A stretch of DNA of 64,000 nucleotides from Deltaproteobacteria bacterium (GTDB taxonomy: Bacteria; Desulfobacterota; BSN033; UBA1163). Below the pieces are notes generated by a model that searched no databases, was not told where the DNA came from, and saw only the letters and a list, made by a program, of their open reading frames with translations. The stretch is taken from NCBI GenBank assembly GCA_016874935.1, contig VGSS01000001.1, forward strand, positions 21,823 through 85,822. The letters are read 5' to 3'. A program made the position numbers and the translations under genes. The first letter of the stretch is position 1, and every line of letters starts with the position of its first letter. Shown here piece after piece: positions 29,815 to 39,262 of this stretch.

Positions 29815-30555
29815 ATGAAGACAAAAGCCTATTTTATATTCGTATGGATCATACTTTTCGCTTTTTCTGCCGGATGTGGGGGGGACAGGAGGAGTTCAAC
29901 ATCGGACTCCAGGAGGGATTTCAAAACCATGCGTGAAAAGATGGTTGAAACACAGATTAAAAGCCGTGGGGTGAAGGATGAAAGAGTGCTCTCTGCCATG
30001 CTCAAGGTAGAACGTCATTGTTTCGTCCCGAAAGAATATGAATCCCAAGCCTATGCGGATCAACCCCTGCCCATCGGAGAGGGGCAGACTATCTCCCAGC
30101 CCTACATCGTTGCCTTGATGACGGAGTTGTTGGGTCTTAAGGGAGAAGAAAAGGTTCTGGAGGTCGGAACAGGATCAGGGTACCAGGCTGCCATTTTAGC
30201 GGAATTGGCCAAGGAGGTTTATACGATCGAGATTGTTGAGACCCTTGCTTCCTCTGCAAAGAATCTGCTCTTCGAACAGGGGTATCGGAACATCCAGGTG
30301 AAGGCAGGGGATGGCTATTTGGGGTGGCCTGAGGCTGCTCCTTTTGATGCGATCATCGTCACCTGTGCGCCTGACCACATCCCGAAACCTCTCCTGGATC
30401 AATTAAAGGAAGGCGGACGAATGGTCGTCCCTGTGGGAGCTCATTCTCAGGAATTAAAAAGGATCGTCAAAAGATCCGGAAAGATAGAGACGACGGATAT
30501 CACCCCCGTCCTCTTCGTCCCCATGACCGGCGAAGGCGTGAAGCAGAAGAAGTGA
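29815..30555 (+). CDS. pcm: Protein-L-isoaspartate O-methyltransferase with an N-terminal signal/lipoprotein-like extension
   Basis: TISQPYIVALMTELL...VLEVGTGSGYQAAILAEL motifs. The canonical core begins at MREKMVETQ (29929). The upstream 38 aa contain a hydrophobic helix plus FSAGC. Confidence 0.85.
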   Translation: MKTKAYFIFVWIILFAFSAGCGGDRRSSTSDSRRDFKTMREKMVETQIKSRGVKDERVLSAMLKVERHCFVPKEYESQAYADQPLPIGEGQTISQPYIVALMTELLGLKGEEKVLEVGTGSGYQAAILAELAKEVYTIEIVETLASSAKNLLFEQGYRNIQVKAGDGYLGWPEAAPFDAIIVTCAPDHIPKPLLDQLKEGGRMVVPVGAHSQELKRIVKRSGKIETTDITPVLFVPMTGEGVKQKK

Positions 30556-31200
30556 ACTACCACCAGCTACAAGATGGTGGATTCTCTACCGGCTGAAGTC
30601 GGCTAAAGAAAAACAGACCAGCACAGAAATTCTCGCGAGGGAAAACCTGAAAAACCTGCACACAGTGTGCATACTAAGGTCTTCGCCTAAAGGTGAGGGT
30701 TTTCCTCCCCGAGTGAGACAATAACTTTTATTTATAAATAAGGGATTGTATTTAGTTCTTCCTGAAACATGCAAGATTGCACTCTGTCCCGAATTTGAAG
30801 ACTTCAAACAGATACCTTCAGTCTCATCAAAGTGAAGATATTGGCAAGATATGCTCAGGTTTTTTAGTTTGATGCTACACCGGGGTTAAATCATTGCTTA
30901 CCCAACCATTACTGAAGAGTAAGTTTATCACCTTGGGGCAAGGCAATCCTGAATCACCAATCCCTTAAGTTTCCCAAAGAGAATCCACTTTTCCTTTTGA
31001 AATCAATCTTTAAACCCTATCTTGTTTGCCTCAATTTTACACAAATCTGAGTGACTTTTTTACCAAAAACCACAATTATTGTACGTTTTTCTAAAAAAGA
31101 AGGCTGGATGAATCAGACAGGGCAGGGACGATCTCAAGCTACAGCCACCGCAGACGATTCAGGATCTAAGAAATATAGGAGATGACTGGATATCATCTTT

Positions 31201-31236
31201 ACCCCATTAGAAAGTTTTCAACTTTCTAATGGGGTT
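31201..31236. promoter_or_regulatory. Perfect 15-bp stem hairpin (accccattagaaagtt tcaa aactttctaatggggt) in an ORF-free AT-rich region
   Basis: Inverted repeat read directly from the sequence; the RNA or regulatory role is unknown. Confidence 0.3.
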
Positions 31237-31651
31237 TGCGGAAACCCAGGGGAAAATGTCGGGGGGCTATGCACAACATAAACATATTGCTCCCTCCATA
31301 TCTCTGCTTAGAAGCGGGAATTGAAGAGGTATGAGGTATGTTAGGGGTAAAACCTGCTGTTTTTGGTCAGATTTGGACCAGGACCATTGATGTTAATATA
31401 AAATTACTCTTTAATTTGTAATTTAAATATTAAGTAGTTACGCATATGCGCTATGCTCTCTGCGCCATGCTTTTATTGTGGCACAGGAAATGCTAAAAAG
31501 ATTGCCATAATTTTCTTTTTTTGATATATTGGGTCAAATTCCAGTGGGGGGGGAGATCTCATGGATATTCTCAACAGAAGTCTATTCTTAAAAAGGAATG
31601 GTTTTTTGTTTTTGCGCTATGCACTTTGCGCTATGCGGGAGGTTGGTAGTC

Positions 31652-31834
31652 ATGCCAGCGATTGCACCGATCGAAGATTTAAAAGCTGCTCAAAAAGAAC
31701 TCTTAGAAACGTCGGATATTAATGATTTGAAAAAAGTTTTTAAGAAATATCGGCGTATTGGATGGAAAAATATCTGCAAGCTTTGGCTCGAAGAAGCTAC
31801 ACCAGAAAAATTGAAAGGCGAGGTAGGTGGATGA
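31652..31834 (+). CDS. Small hypothetical protein (60 aa), translationally coupled to the downstream ORF6N gene
   Basis: GGGAGG ribosome-binding site 9 nt upstream of the ATG. Its stop overlaps the ORF6N start (ATGA). No recognisable family. Confidence 0.4.
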   Translation: MPAIAPIEDLKAAQKELLETSDINDLKKVFKKYRRIGWKNICKLWLEEATPEKLKGEVGG

Positions 31835-32562
31835 ACGATAAAACATCCCAAGACGGATCTCTAATTCCGGCTGAACGTATCGAACGATCAATACTACTGA
31901 TTCGTCGGCAGAAGGTGATGCTTGATCGTGACCTGGCACAATTATACGGTGTCGAAACACGTGCCTTAAACCAAGCAGTCCGCAGGAATATAGAGCGGTT
32001 TCCCGAGGATTTTATGTTTCGTTTAACCCGCGAAGAGATATTTAGGATATCACAATTTGTGACATCCTCGGCCCACCTTGGGATCGAGACACTGAAATTT
32101 TCAAAGAATGTAAGGCTATTTACAGAGCATGGAGTTGCAATGCTATCCAGTGTTTTGAATAGTCCCAGAGCTGTTCAAGTCAATATTCAGATCATGCGGA
32201 CATTTGCAAAACTACGAGAGATTATATCTCTGAATAAAGATTTAGCCAGGAGATTGGATGAACTCGAAAAGAAATATGATGCCCAGTTTAAAATTGTTTT
32301 CGATGCCATCCGTCAGCTAATGGCATCCCCGGAGCCTGGATCAGCACCACCCAAGAGGCGAATTGGATTCCTTGTTGAGGAACCTAAAGTTCCTTATATC
32401 ACGAGAACGAAAAAGAAATCACATGACTGGCTTAGGGGTCAGGTCTCAACATTCAACATTCATCATGATGCCAACATTTGCACAATTCCATTTTGTCAAA
32501 TGTTGAGATCTGACCCTTTTTCTTTTCTTTTTCTTTTACAGGCGTGCCATATTGGGACGTAG
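31833..32562 (+). CDS. ORF6N-domain (KilA-N-like DNA-binding) protein
   Basis: LIRRQKVMLDRDLAQLYGVETRALNQAVRRNIERFPEDFMFRLTREE matches the ORF6N domain consensus. Confidence 0.7.
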
Positions 32563-32645
32563 TCGATTTGATAGAGTTCCCGGGCGAACCAGAGCCACTA
32601 TGGATCAGAAGCGGCGAAGGCCCCTTAGATTGGATTCCGAAGCCA

Positions 32646-33020
32646 TTAGTCAATTTTACCAATAAATTCCTTGGTGGCTCTCATATAGGCTTTAACAGCT
32701 TCTACGTCATAAATAAGCCCTCTATAATATCCAGCAATATGCAAAGCGTCATAGAGCTTCTCAAACTCCCTTAAAACCTTGCCATCGCGGACTACTAAAT
32801 ACTTCTGCAATGCCTTTCTATATGCATCTACTGACTTAGGAAGCTCTTTCTTCATTAACCCTTTTTTGATCAAATATTCATTAATAGCTTCTAAAATCGC
32901 AAGGTAAGCCGTTGCAAACGCTTCCCGCACAGGCTTAATATCTGTGTAGGTATTATCTTCTACGGGAACAGATTTTAATATCTCTTTTGCATTATTTAAA
33001 TATCGCAAGGCTTCTCTCAT
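32646..33020 (-). CDS. DUF5618-like small helical protein
   Basis: About 124 aa with the pattern EALRYLNNAKEILK...AYLAILEAINEYL...VDAYRKAL...LHIAGYYRG. Family assignment is from memory and should be confirmed by a profile search. Confidence 0.45.
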   Translation of the reverse strand: MREALRYLNNAKEILKSVPVEDNTYTDIKPVREAFATAYLAILEAINEYLIKKGLMKKELPKSVDAYRKALQKYLVVRDGKVLREFEKLYDALHIAGYYRGLIYDVEAVKAYMRATKEFIGKID

Positions 33021-33138
33021 TTGTAATTCCCCTCTCTATATCTATGGGAGATTTGCTTGTTCCTCCCATTCCCAATTTAAATCTAATCAAAAAAGGCATG
33101 GCTGTCAAATTTAAAACCGTTTTGGACATGAACCTCAA

Positions 33139-34488
33139 CTACTTTCCTTTTTCCATTTTCTTTTTTCTCCAGGCTTCGAGCCTCTCCTTGATCTCCTTCT
33201 CGAAACCTTGGTCGGTTGGGTGGTAGTAAATCTTTCCTTTCAGATTCTCAGGAAGGTATTCCTCTTCGATGAAATGATCCGGATAATCATGGGGATATTT
33301 ATAGTCCTTTCCATAACCCAGGGCCTCCATCAGAGAGGTGGGAGCATTCCGGATATGGAGCGGAACAGGCATGTTCTCAAGCTCCCGGACATCCTTCTGC
33401 ACTCCCTGAAATGCCGCATAAAGGGAATTTGATTTAGGAGCGGTTGCTAGATAGACAGCCGCCTGGGCAAGGGCCAGATTCCCCTCAGGTTGGCCGATGA
33501 AGTGAAAGGCTTGCATTGCAGAAACCGCCACTTGTAAAGCCTGGGGGTCTGCATTTCCTACATCTTCTGAAGCGAACCGGATCATCCGCCTCGCAATATA
33601 GAGGGGATCCTCTCCAGCCTCTAACATCCTTCCCAGCCAGTAGAGGGCCGCATCCGGATCACTCCCTCTCAGGCTCTTGTGGAAAGCGGAGATCAGATTA
33701 TAATGCTCCTCCCCAGACTTGTCATAAAGAAAGGTCTTTCTCTGGAGGACTTCCTCAAGATTTCTCGTGGTGATTTTACGGATCCCGTTTGGATCGGGCG
33801 GAGTGGTGATCACAATCATTTCCAGGGTGTTCAGACCGACTCGTGCATCGCCGTTGACCATTCGTGAGATCCTTTTAATTACCTCATCCTCAACCTCGGT
33901 TAGATACTGACCTAATCCCCTCTCCTGATCGCTCAATGCCCGGTTTAAAATGACCTCGATCTCTTCTTCGGTCAAAGCGCGGAGGGTAAAAACCTTAGCC
34001 CTGGAAAGCAGCGGTGAAATCACTTCAAAGGATGGGTTTTCCGTAGTTGCACCGATGAGGATGATTGTTCCTTTCTCGACATGGGGCAGGAAAGCGTCCT
34101 GTTGGGCCTTGTTGAACCGGTGGATTTCATCGACAAAGAGGATCGTCCTTCTCTTCCGGTACTTCCACTCCTCCCCCGCTTCGTGGACGACTTCCCTAAT
34201 CTCTTTCACACCGGAGAGCACGGCGCTGAAGGCGGTGAAATGACCGCTTGTGACGGACGCTATGAGCATTGCCAGGGTCGTCTTCCCTGACCCAGGCGGA
34301 CCCCAGAGAATCATGGAAGGAATGTGATCCGATTCAATGGCCTGACGAAGGACTTTGCCGGGCCCCAGAAGATGATCCTGGCCCACGAACTCTTCCAGCT
34401 TTTTCGGCCTCAACCGATCAGCCAGGGGAGCCTCTCTCTTGGAAAATTCCTTTCCTTTTCTCTCAAAAAGATCGGTCTGTTTTTTCAT
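33139..34488 (-). CDS. rarA: Replication-associated recombination protein A (RarA/MgsA AAA+ ATPase)
   Basis: Walker A GPPGSGKTT, Walker B VDEIHRFNKAQQDA, sensor motifs, and a C-terminal MgsA domain. Confidence 0.9.
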   Translation of the reverse strand: MKKQTDLFERKGKEFSKREAPLADRLRPKKLEEFVGQDHLLGPGKVLRQAIESDHIPSMILWGPPGSGKTTLAMLIASVTSGHFTAFSAVLSGVKEIREVVHEAGEEWKYRKRRTILFVDEIHRFNKAQQDAFLPHVEKGTIILIGATTENPSFEVISPLLSRAKVFTLRALTEEEIEVILNRALSDQERGLGQYLTEVEDEVIKRISRMVNGDARVGLNTLEMIVITTPPDPNGIRKITTRNLEEVLQRKTFLYDKSGEEHYNLISAFHKSLRGSDPDAALYWLGRMLEAGEDPLYIARRMIRFASEDVGNADPQALQVAVSAMQAFHFIGQPEGNLALAQAAVYLATAPKSNSLYAAFQGVQKDVRELENMPVPLHIRNAPTSLMEALGYGKDYKYPHDYPDHFIEEEYLPENLKGKIYYHPTDQGFEKEIKERLEAWRKKKMEKGK

Positions 34489-34511
34489 AGGATTTCGCTA
34501 TGCGCTCTGCG

Positions 34512-35324
34512 CTATGCGTTATTTGTCTCGCGTATCGCTTGAAGCATCTGCTCGTGGATCAGCCCATTGGATGCGACCAGAAGTCCTCCAGAATAGATAT
34601 CGAAAGGCCCCCCCTTTGGATCGGTCACCTTCCCCCCGGCCTCAATGACGATGAGGTTCGCTGCGGCCACATCCCAGGGTTGTAGCCTTAACTCCCAGAA
34701 GCCATCAAATCGCCCTGCTCCCACATAGCAGAGGTCGATGGCCGTAGAACCAGGTCTGCGAATGGCAAAGGTTTGTCTGATGAATTGATGAAAATAGCGA
34801 AGATAGTATTCTGGACGCTCCTGAACATCGTAAGGGAAACCGGTAGCAAGAAAACTCCTCTTCAATTGACTGGTTTGAGAGACAGAGATTCTCTTTTCAT
34901 TCAGAAACGCTCCTTCTCCTTTTTGGGCGACGAAGAGCTCTTCGAAGAGGGGGATGTATACCACTCCCAGGATCACTTCTCCGTCTTTCTCCAGGCCAAT
35001 GGAGACGGAAAAAAAAGGAAAACCCCGGTAATAGTTTGTCGTCCCGTCGAGTGGATCGATGATCCATCTCCAGGGAGACCCCTTCTCCTTAAAAGGACTC
35101 TCCTCTGTCAGGATGTCGTGGTCAGGGAAGGCATGATGAATCGCCTTCTGGATGGCCTGATCACAGAGCCGGTCCACTTCGGTTACCGGATTAAATTCTC
35201 CCTTAAAGGTGATGGACTGGGGCTGACCAAAGCGAGCCCTCTGGATCTTACCCGCCTCTTTGGCCGCTGTGATAGCCACCTCGAAATAGTGTTTATTCTC
35301 TTTCATCATTCTCCCCTTGATCAC
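34512..35324 (-). CDS. suhB: Inositol monophosphatase family protein (SuhB-like)
   Basis: DPLDGTTNY and WDVAAANLIV.EAGG motifs. Confidence 0.85.
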   Translation of the reverse strand: MIKGRMMKENKHYFEVAITAAKEAGKIQRARFGQPQSITFKGEFNPVTEVDRLCDQAIQKAIHHAFPDHDILTEESPFKEKGSPWRWIIDPLDGTTNYYRGFPFFSVSIGLEKDGEVILGVVYIPLFEELFVAQKGEGAFLNEKRISVSQTSQLKRSFLATGFPYDVQERPEYYLRYFHQFIRQTFAIRRPGSTAIDLCYVGAGRFDGFWELRLQPWDVAAANLIVIEAGGKVTDPKGGPFDIYSGGLLVASNGLIHEQMLQAIRETNNA

Positions 35325-35394
35325 CCTGATTTGACAACCTCATGGTTCAGACTATATGATACAAAGAAAATCAAGTCAATCATAAGCCCAATCC

Positions 35395-35548
35395 TCCCCT
35401 GCGGTGGAAACTGTGTCGTAATAGGGGAAACTAAAAAAATGTCATGCCGAACTTGTTTCGGCATCTAATCATTCCAAGAACTTACGAGACCCTGAAACAA
35501 GTTCAGGGTGACAAATTAGTAATTACGACACAGTCTCGTGGGGAGAGG
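35395..35548. repeat. MITE-like palindromic element, family R2, copy a
   Basis: Terminal inverted repeats ggaaactgtgtcgtaatagggg / agtaattacgacacagtctcgtgggg. Internal hairpins tgtcatgccgaacttgtttcggcatc and gaccctgaaacaagttcagggtgaca. Confidence 0.7.
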
Positions 35549-35569
35549 GAGGACGATGAGGAACGCCAG

Positions 35570-35971
35570 ATGAAATTCGTATCCGATGGAGGCTGTTTTG
35601 TGTGCGGCGAAAAGAATCCGCACGGATTAAAAATTAAGTTTCAGGTCGACCGGGATAAACAGAACATCCACACCACCTTCACTGTTGAGCCAACCTATCA
35701 GGGCTGGGATGGAATCGTTCACGGAGGAATCATCTGCACCCTCTTAGATGAGGCTATGGCCAATCTGGTTTATGAATTGGGCATGAATGCAATTGCGGCG
35801 TCCCTGGAGGTCAGATTCAAAAAACCGGCTCCAACCCTTCAACCTCTTATGGTCTATGGAGAAATCACGGAGGTGCATAAGAAATTGGTTAAGGCAAAGG
35901 CAAGCGTCACGAGGGAGGATGGAACGGTATTGGCCACGGGAATCTCCACCTTTGTCAGGCAGAGTCCGTAA
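35570..35971 (+). CDS. PaaI/4HBT-family hotdog thioesterase
   Basis: GIVHGGIICTLLDEAMA motif. True start at MKFVSDGG. The ORF-track N-terminal extension is read through repeat R2-a. Confidence 0.75.
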   Translation: MKFVSDGGCFVCGEKNPHGLKIKFQVDRDKQNIHTTFTVEPTYQGWDGIVHGGIICTLLDEAMANLVYELGMNAIAASLEVRFKKPAPTLQPLMVYGEITEVHKKLVKAKASVTREDGTVLATGISTFVRQSP

Positions 35972-35976
35972 AAACT

Positions 35977-36819
35977 TTATCCTGGTTGAAGAACCTTCAA
36001 AAAATTCAATCCTAAAATTTTTTTGCGATCCTCAATGGAAAGACCTGATTCCTCCAGTTCCTGAAAATATCTCGGAGGCCGAACCAGTGGAAAGTCCGAT
36101 CCGAAAATAATCTTCTCCGCGCCCACGATCTCGCTCACAATTCGATAGATCCTCTTCGAGTAAAGGAAGGGAGAGGCGGCTGTATCGTAATAGACATTCG
36201 CCATTGCCTTCTTCACCTCAGGCATTAACTCATAGAAGGGGAGCCCTCCTCCCCAGTGAGCCAGTAGAATCGGAAGAGATGGAAAGGTGAGGGCGAACTG
36301 GTAGAAAACCTCCAGAGGAGTTCCTCCTTTGCCGGGATAGGAATGACCGAGATGCTCATTGGCATGGAGAAGGATGGGAATCTTCTGATTCTCCATCTCT
36401 TGAAAAATCGGCCTCATCGATTCAATATCCTGAGCGGTCATCTCTCGATCGTAGAAAGCGATCTCTCCCACTCCCTTTGCTCCATTCTTTATCCTTCGAT
36501 CCAGTTCCATGGCAGACCATTCCGGATCTGAAAAGAGAAGAAGAATGAAAACGATCAACCGATGGGGATAGCGCGAGGCAGAATCAATCAGGTATTGATT
36601 ATGAAGAGCGCAGAGCTCTTTTTCTTCCCAGGGAAAACCGCAGATCACGGACTGCTCGATCCCGGCCTCATCCATTGAGGCAATCAACTCCTCTGCTCCG
36701 ACGAGCCTGGCTTTGGGATTTTTATAAACGGAAGAAAACCCTCTGTCCCTTAAACAGAAGGCCTCCCTATTCTTTTTCACCTCGTCAGGAAAGATATGGG
36801 TATGACAGTCGACGATCAT
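35977..36819 (-). CDS. Amidohydrolase-family (TIM-barrel metal-dependent hydrolase) protein
   Basis: N-terminal IVDCHTHIF metal-binding motif. Confidence 0.7.
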   Translation of the reverse strand: MIVDCHTHIFPDEVKKNREAFCLRDRGFSSVYKNPKARLVGAEELIASMDEAGIEQSVICGFPWEEKELCALHNQYLIDSASRYPHRLIVFILLLFSDPEWSAMELDRRIKNGAKGVGEIAFYDREMTAQDIESMRPIFQEMENQKIPILLHANEHLGHSYPGKGGTPLEVFYQFALTFPSLPILLAHWGGGLPFYELMPEVKKAMANVYYDTAASPFLYSKRIYRIVSEIVGAEKIIFGSDFPLVRPPRYFQELEESGLSIEDRKKILGLNFLKVLQPG

Positions 36820-36899
36820 GGCCTGCCCTTCCTCACTTTAGTCCCTTATGAATGAAATTGTGCGCGAAATGGTAACAAAGTTATTTTAGATTGAGCGGA

Positions 36900-37065
36900 T
36901 TTTAAATCCGAAGCACGAAATCCGAAATTCGAAACAATCTCAAATGACCAAATTTCAAATGTTCAAAATAGATAAAAGTTTAAGAAATTTGAATTTTGAA
37001 AATTCGAATTTGTTTCGGATTTCGATATTCGGATTTCGAATTTTATCAACCCCCAAAGCCTGTTT
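36900..37065. repeat. AT-rich palindromic element, family R3, copy 1 (cgaaatccgaaa ... ttcggatttcg arms)
   Basis: Arms cacgaaatccgaaattcgaaac and gtttcggatttcgatattcggatttcg flank an AT-rich spacer. A near-identical element is at 58285-58415. Confidence 0.65.
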
Positions 37066-37083
37066 GGTTCCGGCTATGCCGGG

Positions 37084-37653
37084 TTAGGGTTTCCCTTTGG
37101 TAAAACCATAATGGCCGAGGGGTTTCCCGAGGTTCCAGTATTCCCGCGCCCCCGGGCAGTAGGCCAGTGGAAGGGCTTTCAGGATATCGATCCGGCCCCT
37201 TTCCTTCTGCACTTCCTCTTTCACATGGAGGGCAACGATCTCGCCGAGAAAAAAATCGTGGCTTCCGAGAGAGATGATCTGTTTGACTTCACACTCCATT
37301 TGAACCGGACATTCGTCGATCAATGGGGCCTTCACCTTCTCCGCTGGAACAGCTTTCCATCCCGTCAGATCAAATTTATTCGTCTCTCTTCCTGAGACCA
37401 CCCCGCAGGCATCAACCCCTCTGACCATCTCCTCCGAGGGAAGATTAACCACAAATTCCCCAATCCCTTTGATGCATTGATGCGAATATCGTTCCGGCCT
37501 GATTGAAATGCCGATCATGGGAGGTTCGGAATTGACCACTCCTGCCCAGGCCAGCGTGATGATATTGGGTTTTTCTTTTCCATCCACGCAGGTGACCAAG
37601 ACGACCGGTGTTGGAAAGAGTAAGGTCGTAGGTGGAAGGCTCTTTCGTCCCAT
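37084..37653 (-). CDS. Flavin reductase-like (FMN-binding split-barrel) protein
   Basis: LLFPTPVVLVTCVDG...NIITLAWAGVV...PPMIGISIRP pattern. Confidence 0.75.
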   Translation of the reverse strand: MGRKSLPPTTLLFPTPVVLVTCVDGKEKPNIITLAWAGVVNSEPPMIGISIRPERYSHQCIKGIGEFVVNLPSEEMVRGVDACGVVSGRETNKFDLTGWKAVPAEKVKAPLIDECPVQMECEVKQIISLGSHDFFLGEIVALHVKEEVQKERGRIDILKALPLAYCPGAREYWNLGKPLGHYGFTKGKP

Positions 37654-37681
37654 TCCTCTCCTCCCTCAGGGTACCCGCCTT

Positions 37682-38290
37682 CTATAGAAAAAGGCTCACA
37701 TCCCCCTTCCCTTTTCTGATGACTTTGGGGAATTCATCGGTGAGATCAATGATGCTCGAATGCTCCGCAACGATCGCTCCGCCGTCGATGACGAGATCGA
37801 GCTGCTTGACAAAGTGTTCTTCAATTTCAGAGGGATCGTTGTAAAGGCTTTCGTCAGGCTTATAGACGCTAGTGCTGATGATCGGATGCCCCAATTCCCG
37901 TACAAGGCTGAGACAGATTTTATTGTCGGGGATGCGAATGCCGACTGTATTTTGCTTCGTCATGGCAATCTTGGGGACAAATTTGGTTGCGGTCAAAACA
38001 AAGGTATAGGGCCCTGGAAGCAGCCTTTTCATCATCTTGTAGGCATAATTGGAAACATGGGCATAGCGGCTGATGTCCTTTAGGTCGGAGCAGATGAAAC
38101 TGAGCGGTTTCTTCGCCTCCATCTTCTTCAATCGATGAATCTTCCGGATTGCTTCCTGGTTGAAGAGATCACAACCCAAACCATAGACCGTGTCGGTGGG
38201 ATACCCGATGATTCCTCCCTGTTCCAGTGCTTCAATCACCTTCCGGACCAGCCTCAACTGCGGATTTTTAGGATTGATGGCAAGGATCAT
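37682..38290 (-). CDS. tsaC: L-threonylcarbamoyladenylate synthase (TsaC/YrdC family)
   Basis: GGIIGYPTDTVYGLGCD motif. Start at MILAINPK. Confidence 0.8.
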   Translation of the reverse strand: MILAINPKNPQLRLVRKVIEALEQGGIIGYPTDTVYGLGCDLFNQEAIRKIHRLKKMEAKKPLSFICSDLKDISRYAHVSNYAYKMMKRLLPGPYTFVLTATKFVPKIAMTKQNTVGIRIPDNKICLSLVRELGHPIISTSVYKPDESLYNDPSEIEEHFVKQLDLVIDGGAIVAEHSSIIDLTDEFPKVIRKGKGDVSLFL

Positions 38291-38294
38291 AATC

Positions 38295-39212
38295 TCAACT
38301 CTCCCTCTCCAGTTCGATGATGCGCACCCCATTGATGAACCGCTGGTTAAAATAAGGGGTGTCCAGACGGTCCACCCTCACTTCTTTGCCTCGGTAGGAG
38401 GCGTGGACGAATTCATTGTTGCCGATATAGATTCCCACATGCGAACCATTCGCCCGGCGTGTCTTGAAGAAGACGATATCGCCCTCCTCCAACTCTTCTC
38501 TCCCAACTTTTTTACCGATGTGCAACTGCTCCCGGGCGGTTCTGGGGAGCTGAACATTAAAAATTCCAAAGATCTTTTTCACGAAGGCGGAACAATCCAG
38601 TCCCTTGAGTGTGGAACCGCCCAGCCGGTAAGGAACTCCTAAAAAGGTTTTAACCACTCTTACGAAGAGACTCCTCTCATCGGGGTCTCTCCATTTTCCC
38701 AGAGGCTCCGGGATCGTTTGATTCTCGCCCTGGGCTTGCTGGTTCTCTTTAACCTCCTCCGCATCACCGGGCTCCTCTACCTCTTCTGTTCTCGTGTCCC
38801 CCTGTTTCAGCAGGATGAGTCGTTGGCCTGTCTTGAGGCCGTCCGTCCGGAGCTGGTTTAACCTCTTGATCTCCTCAACTGAAAGGCCCGCCCTTTTCGA
38901 AATCGTATAGAGACTGTCTCCCTGTTTCACAATGTAGGGTTCCGTTTCGGACGAAACTTTCTGGGCTGTCTTCCCGGCCGGTCTCTTTTTCGGATTCGGG
39001 ATGAGGAGAACCTGTTTCGGTTTGAGATGACTTCCGTCCAGCCCGTTCGCCTTTTTTAAAGCTTCAACAGAGATACCATACGATCTCGAAATCATGTAAA
39101 GAGAATCACCGGATTTGACTGTGTAATGCTCTTCGGTCGATCCATTGTGAGGGCAGGCCAACACGAACAGGACGACCAGCATCACCCCCGAAAAGCCTAA
39201 CCGTCCCACCAT
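38295..39212 (-). CDS. Secreted LysM-LysM-NlpC/P60 (C40) peptidoglycan peptidase
   Basis: Two LysM modules (YTVKSGDSLYMIS.., YIVKQGDSLYTIS..) and a C-terminal NlpC/P60 domain with the catalytic Cys in GLDCSAFV. Confidence 0.85.
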   Translation of the reverse strand: MVGRLGFSGVMLVVLFVLACPHNGSTEEHYTVKSGDSLYMISRSYGISVEALKKANGLDGSHLKPKQVLLIPNPKKRPAGKTAQKVSSETEPYIVKQGDSLYTISKRAGLSVEEIKRLNQLRTDGLKTGQRLILLKQGDTRTEEVEEPGDAEEVKENQQAQGENQTIPEPLGKWRDPDERSLFVRVVKTFLGVPYRLGGSTLKGLDCSAFVKKIFGIFNVQLPRTAREQLHIGKKVGREELEEGDIVFFKTRRANGSHVGIYIGNNEFVHASYRGKEVRVDRLDTPYFNQRFINGVRIIELERES

Positions 39213-39262
39213 AAATCCCCCCCTTTCCTGTTGATAGACATCACTTCCCTGTTGAAGATATG

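Noticed and set aside
30586-30807. 73-aa minus-strand ORF in the AT-rich ORF-free stretch
   Set aside because: It has no ribosome-binding site, a low-complexity and odd composition, and no family resemblance. The region is more plausibly non-coding.
30556-31650. Search for a known housekeeping ncRNA (RNase P, tmRNA, SRP, 6S) in the 1.1 kb ORF-free region
   Set aside because: No conserved signature strings could be recognised by eye (for example the RNase P GGAAAGTCCGG core or a tmRNA tag region). A covariance-model scan is needed, so no ncRNA is asserted.
35444-35569. N-terminal extension of the PaaI thioesterase ORF (MPNLFRHLIIPRTYETLKQVQGDK...)
   Set aside because: This stretch is a translation of the MITE R2-a repeat; the same peptide-like strings recur wherever R2 copies are read through. 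The real start is the Met at 35570, which has an upstream AGGA.
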